From Macrostomum lignano (taxonomy: Eukaryota), in NCBI GenBank assembly GCA_002269645.1, contig NIVC01002791.1, positions 62,001 through 126,000 of the forward strand: a stretch of 64,000 nucleotides of DNA, written 5' to 3'. Below the pieces are notes generated by a model. The model did no database searches and had not been told where the DNA came from. It saw only the letters and a program-made list of their open reading frames with translations. This document shows, one piece after another, positions 36,852 through 47,600 of this stretch; the stretch's first letter is position 1, and every line of letters begins with the position of its first letter. Position numbers and translations under genes: made by a program.

Positions 36852-38570
36852 GTTAGAGCCGCTGCGGAGCAGACGGTCCCGCTGATGCGGCCAGCGCAGA
36901 AATCTCTGACTGTCTGGCAGAGCGACCCGACCATCAGACAGGCGCTGCTCAACATCGAGCGACTCCGCAGAAACCGGCGGCCCACGGGCGACGCTGAAGA
37001 CGCGTTTTGAGCGCCTTCCAGATGAGCGGCAGCAGGCGGCTGTTGACGACGCCGTCCGGTCCATCACTGTAGCCGGCCCCGACGTGAAGAGCCGGACAGT
37101 GTGGACGGCCGTCCGGACTCTGACGGGGCGCAAACAGCGCGTGGCGCTGAACCTGGCCGGCGACACCCCGGAGGAGCGCAGGAATGAATTGCGCGACTTC
37201 TTCGCCGGCATCGTGAACGCGCCCGCGTCGCCGCTGCCCGCCAGCTTTGCGCTCCCACTGGACACGCCGCTCCCAGCTGAGGAGGACTTCTGCACCAGGC
37301 CAGTCACCACGGAGGACGTTGTGCTGTTCGCTCGGAAAACATCAGGCGGCAAGGCGCTCGGCCCCGACGAAGTCCCGGTCGAAGCGCTTCGGCTCCGCTG
37401 TGTGGCCTCCCAGGTCACAGGCGTCATAAACCGCGTGCTCGCCAGCGCCCCCGCGCCCACCGAGTGGACCGTCGCGCACATCGTGCCGATCCCGAAGAAG
37501 GCAGGGACAACGCGGAAAGAAGACCACGCTGATGTCCTGCGCCGCGAAGCTCTTCAACCGGCTGCTGCTCAACCGTCTGCAGTCGGTGCTGGACCTGCCG
37601 TACGAGCAGAACGGATTCCGGATGCAACGCGGTACAGTGACCCAGAGCCTCGCACTCCGCCGTGTCATCGAGGAGGCGCGCATCCGCCAGTCTACGCTGA
37701 TCATTGTCTTCGTTGACTTTCGGAAGGCGTTTGACTCGGTGTTGAGAGCCGCGCTTCCCTTTGTCCTTCGAGCCTACCGGGTACCACAGCAGCTAATCGA
37801 CGCTGTCATGGCGCTGTATTGCGACACTCGAGCTGCTGTGGTGACGGCGGCTGTCTGACCTGTTCGACACTTCGTCAGGAGTTCTGCAGGGCGACACGCT
37901 GGCGCCGTTCCTCTTCGTGCTGCTGCTGGACTGGGTGCTTTGGACTGCACTCCTCTCGGCTGATGACGGCTTCCTGCTGCGCAGACGCATCGGTCACCGC
38001 CACGGCGAAAAGCTACTCCGACGACTTCGCCCTCCTGTCCTCGTCGTTTGAAGACGCCCAGCGCCAGATCGACAGGCTGGTCGAGGTGGCATCAAGAGTC
38101 GATCTGGTTGTCAACACGCTGAAGACCGAGGTGCTGACTGTGGCAGGCGGTGGTCGAAACCGTCCTGCTGTACAACGCCGAGACGTTGGACGCTGACGGC
38201 TACCCTAGAGCGGCAGCTGGACTCGGCGCACACAGGGCTGCTCCGTGCGGCCTTTCGAGTTGACGAGAGCGTCGGGACCGAGGCCCTGTACGATCGGGCC
38301 AAGCTGCAGCGCCCGTCCACCATCTGGCGCCGGCGGCGACTTCAACTGGTGGGCCACGTGATCCGGGCCGAGGGCTACTGCCCCCAACCTGTTCAGGACG
38401 TCCTGCTGCTCACCTTGCAGGGCCCGTTCAGGCCGGGTCAGGCCCGAGCCTCCTACGCGACGCCGGGGCGCTCGACACTGCCAACGGCCCTGCGACGCGC
38501 CATCTGACGCACCCTGCTCCAACTGTGACCTTGCTTGCCGGGCTGCGTACTTTGTTGTTGTTGTTGTTGT
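36852..38570 (+). mobile_element. 5'-truncated RTE-clade LINE (RT pseudogene)
   Basis: EQNGFR, FVDFRKAFDSV, GVLQGDTLAPFLFVLLLDWVL and YSDD motifs spread over several frames. (GTT)n tail at ~38553-38570. TSD TGTTAATAAC (36842-36851 and 38568-38577). Confidence 0.92.
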
Positions 38571-38859
38571 TAATAACACATTTAACAGAAAATCACAACG
38601 GATGTTAACAAAAAATAGTTGGATTTCAAACAGAACCTCGTTAGTACGCGGCTTGAAGTGGCTTGAAACCAACAGTAGAACACAGTCTAACAAAAACAGT
38701 ACAACAAAAACTTCGAACGGCATTCAACTCAATCGGTGCAAAAATTTAATCTCTTTAAATCTATTGTGGCGCTGCAATCTCAGAGGAAGTATTAAAAAAA
38801 TAGACCGCATCACTGTGTTCCAAATAGTTCGCATATCTTGTGCTTCCAGTTATTTTTAG

Positions 38860-39115
38860 CCTCGACCGCTAAGTTAGTTTGGGGTGGCCCTGAAAAGGGC
38901 CGTTTGACTTTCCAGTCACCTTAATACACAACACACACACTCACACAGGAGTGTACAGTGGCCCTAACTTTATTTATCGTTAGGCATGTACACTTCACTG
39001 TGCCTTAGGGGTCGGCCCTTAAGGGCGTTAATTACGCGAGCAGAGCCAAGCCGAGATTCCAATTTAGAGCCCCTAACTAATGTGACTGCACTTGGAATCG
39101 AGCCTGGACCACTGG
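38860..39115 (-). mobile_element. Dispersed SINE-like repeat, copy 1
   Basis: Its reverse complement closely matches 55625-55800 (ccaggctcgattccaagtgcagtcacatt...gtacactcctgtgtg). Contains a B-box-like GGCTCGATTCC. Confidence 0.65.
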
Positions 39116-39420
39116 GATTCTCTTCAGATTTTGAAACAATCTACAAGATGGTCAATGGTCAAAACGAACTGCTAGCTCGCATGGTTGCCTGGATGAAATT
39201 ATACAAACCATTCAGCGTATATTATTTGTGATCAATGTTCTCATAACCCAGGAATGTTCAGTGGTTTTCTGAATAAATGTATTTAAATATGATTATCCAC
39301 AATTTCTATTGACCGATAAAAATTACCAAATTAGTTGTTGTTAGCAATCTTATGTATCAGAAAGTCTCTCTATTTTATCCATCCAATAAAGATGAACAAA
39401 TCCACGGAGACAGAGAGGCA

Positions 39421-40302
39421 TCACAGAGGCTGCAGCTGCTCACTGATGAAGAGCTGCGGCATCGGCAAACTCGCTGCTGCGTTGCACTCCGGAGCGCTGA
39501 GATGCGAGCGCAGCACCCCGGCCAGATTAAATCGGCCAACGAAGTGCTCAGGCTCGCCTGACATCTCCCTGTCCCACTCCTTCTGCTTCTCCAGCAGCAA
39601 CTCCTGTCTGCTGAACTTCTGCCTGAACTGGATGAACTTCCTGGCCACGCAAAGCAGCACTTTGGTGTCGCTGAAGCCGACCCTGCGCACAATGTCCGCG
39701 GCCTCGCTTTGCAGCTCGTCTGCCAGAATCCGCAGCAGCTGGTTGTGGTCCTGCCGGCTGCACGATGTCGGATAGTTCGGAGGTCGCGGACTCGATCTCC
39801 GCAGCCAGTCGAGACCGCGCGAGCTCTTCAAGAAGAAGCACAGCGGGCTGAACTTGGCGTGCTCCGCCTCCGGCACGTCTCCAGAGTCCCAGTCTCTGAG
39901 GTCGAGGTCGCAGAAGAAGCACTTGACGTGGTCGGCCTCTCCAAGGTAGAAGAAGCCGCTCTCGACCATGTCCTCCGGCGACTGTCGGCCGCCTCGGCGT
40001 CTCCAGACGTCGTCCCGCTCGAAGGACCGACAGCGAGCCTCCCGACTGACGAAGGCGGGGCTGGCAGCGCTGGAGGCGAGGTAGACGGCCGCCGTCAGAG
40101 CCTCCCAGTTGGAATCAAAGCCGAGCCATTGGCCAGTCAGAGGCGACAGCCGGCTGCTCGATGTTTTTGAGACAAAGTCCAGCGCTCGGTGCAGTTCCGC
40201 GTTTGCTTCGTCGGGCGAAATATCGGCCGACATTGTTAGGGTGTAGCTTCGCAGCACAACGCAAAACAGCACTTTGGTGTCGCAGAAGCCGACCTTACTC
40301 AC
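39421..40302 (-). CDS. IAP-family protein copy 3: BIR plus UBA-like domain, no RING
   Basis: Intact BIR motif CFFC...HAKFSPLC and a UBA-like segment nearly identical to that of copy 1. In-frame ATG at 40233 gives 270 aa. An upstream in-frame segment duplicates part of the UBA-like region. Confidence 0.8.
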   Translation of the reverse strand: MSKVGFCDTKVLFCVVLRSYTLTMSADISPDEANAELHRALDFVSKTSSSRLSPLTGQWLGFDSNWEALTAAVYLASSAASPAFVSREARCRSFERDDVWRRRGGRQSPEDMVESGFFYLGEADHVKCFFCDLDLRDWDSGDVPEAEHAKFSPLCFFLKSSRGLDWLRRSSPRPPNYPTSCSRQDHNQLLRILADELQSEAADIVRRVGFSDTKVLLCVARKFIQFRQKFSRQELLLEKQKEWDREMSGEPEHFVGRFNLAGVLRSHLSAPECNAAASLPMPQLFISEQLQPL

Positions 40303-40718
40303 AATGTCGGCGGCCTCGATAAGGCCAAAAGCAGCTCAAAAAAACAACTTTATAAGCAATTAAAACAGATAAATTTAAATATTTAATTGAAATACAGATA
40401 AATGTTAGAAGCTGTTAATAAAGGGGAATATAATTATCAAAAAAAATATTTTTGTGTTAGAGTTCAGTACAATATGCCAAAAGGTATTATAGAATGTATC
40501 TGATCGAACACCGCAGTAGCTTTGCAGAACTCCAGACTTTGCAGATGGCCTCTTAGCATTCTATTGAATGGCTCAATTGAGCAGTTCCCCAGTGTGCTGC
40601 CGATGTCGCGACTCGTCTGGCTCTGGAAGTGGTAAATTTTACAACTGCTCAGCTAGATTTCAATTAACTCGCATCGCAATCTAGTTTTAATACATAGTGC
40701 ATGTAGTTCGAATTGTAC

Positions 40719-41720
40719 TTTCAGCTGGGGAATCCTGATTGATTTTTGTACTTTCAGCTGGGAAATCTAAATTGGTTTTGTACTTTCCGCTGGGGATTCC
40801 TGATTGGTTTTCCACTTTCAGCTGGGGAATCCTGATTGGTTTTCCACTTTCAGCTGGGGAATCCAAATTTGTTTTCCACTTTCAGCTGGGGAATCCTGAT
40901 TGGTTTTCCACTTTCAGCTGGGGAATCCAAATTGGTTTTCCACTTTCAGCTGGGGAATCCAAATTGGTTTTCCACTTTCAGCTGGGGATCCAAATTGGTT
41001 TTCCACTTTCAGCTGGGGAATCCAAATTGGTTTTCCACTTTCAGCTGGGGAATCCAAATTGGTTTTCCACTTTCGGCTGGGGAATCTAAATTGGTTTTGT
41101 ACTTTCAGCCAAGGAATCCTGATTGGTATTGTACTTTCAGTTGGGGAATCCTGATTGGTATTATACTTTCAGTTGGGGAATCCTGATTGATTTTGTACTT
41201 TTAGCCTGGGAATCCTGATTGATTTTGTACTTTCAGTTGGGGAATCCTGATTGGTATTGTACTTTCAGTTGGGGAATCCTGATTGGTATTATACTTTCAG
41301 TTGGGGAATCCTGATTGGTATTGTACTTTCAGTTGGGGAATCCTGATTGATTTTGTACTTTTAGCTGGGGAATCCTGGTTTATTTTGTACCTTCAGTTGG
41401 AGAATCCTGATTGATTTTGTACTTTTAGCTGGGGAATCCTGATTGGTTTTCCACTTACAGCTCGGGAATCCAGGTTGGTTTTCTACTTTCAGCTCGGGAA
41501 TCCAGGTTGGTTTTCTACTTTCAGCTCGGGAATCCAGGTTGGTTTTCTACTTTCAGCTCGGGAATCCAGGTTGGTTTTCTACTTTCAGCTCGGGAATCCA
41601 GGTTGGTTTTCTACTTTCAGCTGGGGAATCCAGGTTGGTTTTGTACTTGCAACTGGGGAATCCAGGTTGGTTCTGTACTTGCACCTGGGGAATCCAGGTT
41701 GATTTTGTACTTGCAGTTGG
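40719..41720. repeat. 32-bp satellite (TTTCAGCTGGGGAATCCAAATTGGTTTTCCAC and variants)
   Basis: About 30 units in sub-blocks of distinct variants. Confidence 0.95.
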
Positions 41721-42684
41721 GGAATTACCAGTTGAAATGTACATTGAAGTCCATGTACTAATGTTTCTAATATTTAAGCTACATGTAAAATATCAAGTAT
41801 AGATCATTGAATTTTACTCATAGTCGGGAATTAAGATTCAGCTGTAATTTAAAATAAACATCTAGCTTCAACATAACTTTATAATCTGTATAAGTAGTCA
41901 TAGGCATATAGCAAAATATTCAAAGGAACTTCACAAGTGTAACTGCCATTTCAATCTTAATTTTGTGGCTCACAAAATTTATTAGGAGTTCTAATTTGAT
42001 AATTATAGATAATTTGCTGTACTAACACCATATGTAGCCAATGTGATAATAATACATTTCTACCACTATTTTTCATTAAGCTATATTGCCAAAACTAGAT
42101 TTACCTGCACATACAATAAAAATTAATTAACAGACCTGAAAATTATTGAAGAACAGTGGCAGAGCAGCAGAAGTTAACTGATAAAAGAGTTGTGGTCTAA
42201 GTGTTACGAATGCTTTAAACTTTAAGCAGTATTCTAAACTTAAAAAATGCCACGGATTATCCGTGGATTTTCCACGGACTTTCCCTGGGCAATACCAAGT
42301 TCATCATGCTTAAGTACGCTGTTAAGGTGTATTTTTAATGTACGCATTTCTAGCTGAAGTGGAAGTTCGAATAAAGATCGCAAACAAGTTGTTTACTACA
42401 TGGCAAGACAAACTCACCCCACAATAACACTTTGCCAGAAACGTTATCACGTGATCCGTAATTAAGTACTAGCATTTAAGAAAGCACTGCGACTAAACTG
42501 TTTAATGCGTAATTTTGCTTGCTGTAATTTTATATAAATAATGTTCGGATATATTTATGGATACTTCCATATGCATACACAATGCACGGATATAACCGCA
42601 TAAAGTTGAAGTGTTTGCACAATATACTGGCATTCATATATGCATATAAATTGTATTGTATAGGAAAGCAGATAGGGAAACAAA

Positions 42685-43530
42685 GACAGGAGAGGGAGAT
42701 AGGGGAACAGGGGGAGAGGAGGAGAGGGAGATAGGTGAGCAGGGGGAGAGGAGGAGAGGGAGATAGGGGAACAGGGGGAGAGGAGGAGAGGGAGATAGGG
42801 GAGCAGGGGGAGAGGAGGAGAGTGAGATAGGGGAACAGGGGGAGAGAAGGAGAGGGAGGTAGGGGAACAGGGGGAGAGGAGGAGAGGGAGGTAGGGGAAC
42901 AGGGGGAGAGGAGGAGAGGGAGATAGGGGAGCAGGGGGAGAGGAGAGGGAGATAGGGGAACAGGGGAGAAGAGAGGGAGATAGGGGAACAGGGGAAGAGG
43001 AGGAGAGTGAGATAGGGGAACAGAGGAGAAGAGAGGGAGATAGGGGAGATAGGGGAACAGGGGAGAAGAGAGGGAGATAGGGGAGATAGGGGAACAGGGG
43101 AGAAGAGAGGGAAATAGGGGAGATAGGGGAGATAGGGGAACACGGGAGAAGAGAGGGAGATAGGGGAGATAGGGGAACACGGGAGAAGAGAGGGAGATAG
43201 GGGAGATAGGGGAACAGGGGAGAAGAGAGGGAGATAGGGGAGATAGGGGAACAGGGGAGAAGAGAGAGAAATAGGGGAGATAGGGGAACACGGGAGAAGA
43301 GAGGGAGATAGGGGAGATAGGGGAACACGGGAGAAGAGAGGGAGATAGGGGAGATAGGGGAACACGGGAGAAGAGAGGGAGATAGGGGAGATAGGGGAAC
43401 ACGGGAGAAGAGAGGGAGATAGGGGAGATAGGGGAACACGGGAGAAGAGAGGGAGATAGGGGAGATAGGGGAACACGGGAGAAGAGAGGGAGATAGGGGA
43501 GATAGGGGAACACGGGAGAAGAGAGGAAGA
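42685..43530. repeat. Purine-rich minisatellite (GGGAGAAGAGAGGGAGATAGGGGAGATAGGGGAACA-type)
   Basis: 26-36-bp units with a nearly pure purine strand. Confidence 0.95.
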
Positions 43531-44062
43531 AAAGAACTGACAGGTGTCAGGTGGCGGAGAACACAGCTAATTTACAGTTACAAGTGTATTAAGTAAAAAT
43601 ATTAACCATATTGAAACTGACACTAATATAAACATTATCAGAATACGCAAAAATGACAAGTAAATAAAATTTTAAGGTCTCTCTATGGAGTTAACTATAT
43701 ATTTAATAAAAGTTCAGAAGTGCGAAAAAATATGAAAATTGTTAATGCATGATGTAAAATAATCATTGTCTTTGCATAATTAGGAAAAAATTGACAATTA
43801 TACAGCCACTGATTTACGACGTAACGTAATTCGAATGGCGAAAATTAAAACAAATATAGCCGAATTATTAAAACATGTCGAATAAAAATCTAGAGTTTAG
43901 TTAATAGATTTGGCAATTATCAGGAATATGGCAGCGGATCATGCAAGAAAATATTAAGTCCATAACAGCACCAGTTCTATCCAGTTGAATAATTTGAAAT
44001 CAAGATATTTGGCTCATAATGCTTTTCAAGTTGCATTTAAGTCACTGCTGTTACCCGGCCTA

Positions 44063-44490
44063 GTCACTCCCCTAACATTATAGTCACTCCCTTAGCATTA
44101 TAGTCACTCCCCTAACATTCCCCTAACATGGAGTAGCACTCTAGTCACTCCATTAGCACTCTAGTCACTCTATTAGCACTCTAGTCACTCCAGTAGCACT
44201 CCAGTTACTCCAGTAGCACTCTAGTCACTCCAGTAGCACTCCAGTTACTCCAGTAGCACTCTAGTCACTCCAGTAGCACTCTAGTCACTCCATTAGCACT
44301 CTAGTCACTCCAGTAGCACTCCAGTTACTCCAGTAGCACTCTAGTCACTCCATTAGCACTCTAGTCACTCTATTAGCACTCTAGTCACTCCATTAGCACT
44401 CTAGTCACTCTATTAGCACTCTAGCCTCTCCAGTACTTTTAAGTCACTCTATTAGCACTCTAGCCTCTCCAGTACTTTTAAGTCACTTTA
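44063..44490. repeat. 20-bp minisatellite (TAGCACTCTAGTCACTCCAG)
   Basis: About 20 units. Confidence 0.9.
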
Positions 44491-44619
44491 TTAACACGAT
44501 AGTCATTTCATTTCGATCCAAGTCACTCCAGTGGAAATATGGGTTAGAATTCCTAACATCTAATCACACTATTCTAGGCACACCCGTCACTTCATTCACA
44601 CTCTAAACAGTTGCAATTT

Positions 44620-47600
44620 TCAGTCGTCGCTCCACTCGTCCGAATCGGCGCCCTCCATGAGGTCCTGCGGCAGCGGCCCCGCGTCGGCTTGCACGGTGGC
44701 CAGCATGGCGGTGACCAGCTCCGTCTCTTTCTGCTGCTGTTGCTGCTCCAAGTCCAGGGCGTCAACTTGGCGAACTTTAGCAGCCTGCTGTTGCTGCTTC
44801 TGCTGTTTCGCCGGCTGCTGCTTCTGCGAGAACTGCAACTGAAGCTGCGGATCGGAGGCGACCTGGGTGACGCTTGGCATGCCCTCCGGCTGCAGAGAGA
44901 CCGAAGGCCACAGCAGCGGACTGGGGTCGCTGCCGGACAGCCAGTTGGCAGCTGACAGACTCGGCTGCCAAGTAACTGAGCAGCGTCCCAGTAAGTCGTC
45001 CTGCAATTCGAGTTTGACAAAAGCGTGTTAACTTTTTATGTGAAAGTTCACGATCAGAGGAGTTAAGGTGGTCACGATCCAAAGAGTTAAGGTCACGACT
45101 CGAAAAGCTAAGGTCACGACTCGAAAAGTTAAGGTAACGACCCGAAAATATAAGGCCACGACCCGAAAAGCTAAGGTCACGACCCGAAAAGCTAAGGTCA
45201 CGACCCGAAAAGCTAAGGTCACGACCCGAAAAGCTAAGGTCACGACCCGAAAAGCTAAGGTCACGACCCGAAAAGCTAAGGTCACGATCCGAAAAGCTAA
45301 GGTCACGAGCCGAAAAGCTAAGGTCACGACCCGAAAAGCTAAGGTCACGACCTGAAAAGATAAGGTGACGAACAAAGAAGTTAAAGGTCACGACCTGAAA
45401 GCCTCACCTGGAACAGCTGATCGATGACCCGCGGCACGGCAACGCTGACCGTCTCCAGGGTGCCCTCGGCAGTGAGCCGGAACCCGCGCGCCACCTCCAC
45501 GCTGGCGGCATCAACGGTGCGCTTGGTGAGCCAGGCGGCGGCCACGAGGACGCGGGAGTCACGGTGCTCGGAGCCGAGCAGGGGCGCCACTCCGCAGTCC
45601 CAGCCAATGGTCAGATGGGCCAGGGTTCGATCTCCACGCGACCAATAGGTTACCAGGTGCAAATCCGGATCAGCGGACAGGCTGAGCGGCGCTGTGCCGC
45701 CGTCAGTGAAGTCGGCGCATTCGCCGACCTGCGGGAGCGGAGCAGATTATATCGCAGATGACATCATGACGGAAGCTATATTTAGATGATGACGTCATAG
45801 CTATCTATATAATAAACAATAAAGCTAGTTAAGTCAGAGAAGAGGGCTTGGGAGCTGCCGCAAAATCAAAGCGACGGTTCGACCCGCAGAGAGCGAGGAG
45901 GCCAGCAGCCGTGTCCATTCCGCTGCCCCCTGAGCACGCGCTCACACAGGGTGCACAGCGGCGGCCCTGACTCTCTCATCGCTGTACACCCCGTGTGAGC
46001 GTGTGCATGAGTGCGTGCCTGTGTACAGCATTAATGCGCAGAATGTCGCCTTTAGCAGTAAAATAAAGGAAACTTAAAAATGTCTATTGAAACAGGACAC
46101 CCACCTGTTTCCACGGCTCGCCCTCGCTGTCGCCGTCGCCAAGGCCGTCCAGCCGCACCAGGGCCAGTCGCCTCGCGGCCGCATTGCTGGCAGCGAAGCC
46201 GCTGACCAAAGCCGCTCGGCCGCCCAGCACGGAGGCGAGGCGGCCGGCCCGCAGCGGCTGCTTCAAGCCAGCAACAACATTAGGACTCGAACTCCAGACC
46301 ACAGTGCCAGAGTCGCGGGACAACGCGTGCAGTCGCCCGTCTCGGCCAAGGAGCAGCAGTTGCCGACCGCACTGGGTCCAGCAGGCGGCTACCGCTGGCG
46401 ACGGAGCCGCGGACACGACAGCGGCAGCGGAAGCGTCGGCGAGATTCCACAGTCGGACTTCGCCGTCGGCGGCTACGCTGGCTAGAAGGTGGGAGGCGCG
46501 CGGATGCCAGGCTAGGAGGAGGGCGCGGACGGAGTGACCGCGGAGTCGCTGATGACGATCAGAGGCGGCTGAAGAAACGATGGGAGATGCTTTTTATAAT
46601 ATGCCGTCACTAGAACTGATGTCACCATGACGTCAGTAGCTAAAAAAAGATTAACAGTGACGTCAGTAGCTAAAAATAGATTAGCATGGTGTCAGTAGCT
46701 AAAAATAGATTTGCAGTTACGTCACTAGCTAAAATTAGATTAGCCGTGACGTAAGTAGATAGAAATAGAATCTTGATATGAACCAAAATCTAATCTTCCG
46801 ACCTTGAAAGTCAAAACGTCAGAGCATTATTAACTCCGTAAGATGAGGAGACTATTGCCAACTTACTATAAAAAGACTTCTACGACGTCATTTAAACACT
46901 ATAATATATATGTTCTTGGAACGTATTCTAGTTACAAATAATGTATATTTAGGAAGCTTGTAAAATATCTGACTATACCTCGGTAAACTAATAACTAATT
47001 ACTAATAAACCGACTAACCAGCATCTCCTTCCGCTTCATCTCCGGCGCTCCAGTCGACTTCGCCTTCGTTCACAGCCTCGGCGCTGTCCAGGCGCCACAC
47101 GCACACGGCGCCGGTGTCGAGCGCCACGGCCAGTCGGTCGCCGACGTCGCTGCCAGCGTCGAACGGTTCAAAAGCGACCGCGGTGACGCCAGCGCCTTCG
47201 TGTCGAAGCAGCCGACGGCCGGGCAACGAGTCGATTCGACCGCCGGCGGCCGCCAGCCTGACTGGCAGGACGAGGACCCGGCCGCCCGGCCCGGTCACCG
47301 GCAGCGCCACCCAGCGATCGTTGGCGGCCAGCGTCTCAGCCTCCGGCGGCAGGTCCAGCTTCATCAGCTGGCGCAGCTCGGTCAGCCAGGTGCTCCTCTG
47401 GCCGATAGCGGTGGCGACGTTGCGCAATTTTGTAGCGCGCTCCGAACCGCTCAGAGAGCCCACGTGAGGCGATGACGTCACAGCCGACGATGATGACGTC
47501 ATTGATGAGGTAATCACTGCGGATCCGTCGCTTCCAATTATTTCCGAATCTTCCTCTTTTTTACTACTGTCAGCAGTAGTCTGGCTGGCAATATAATTCT

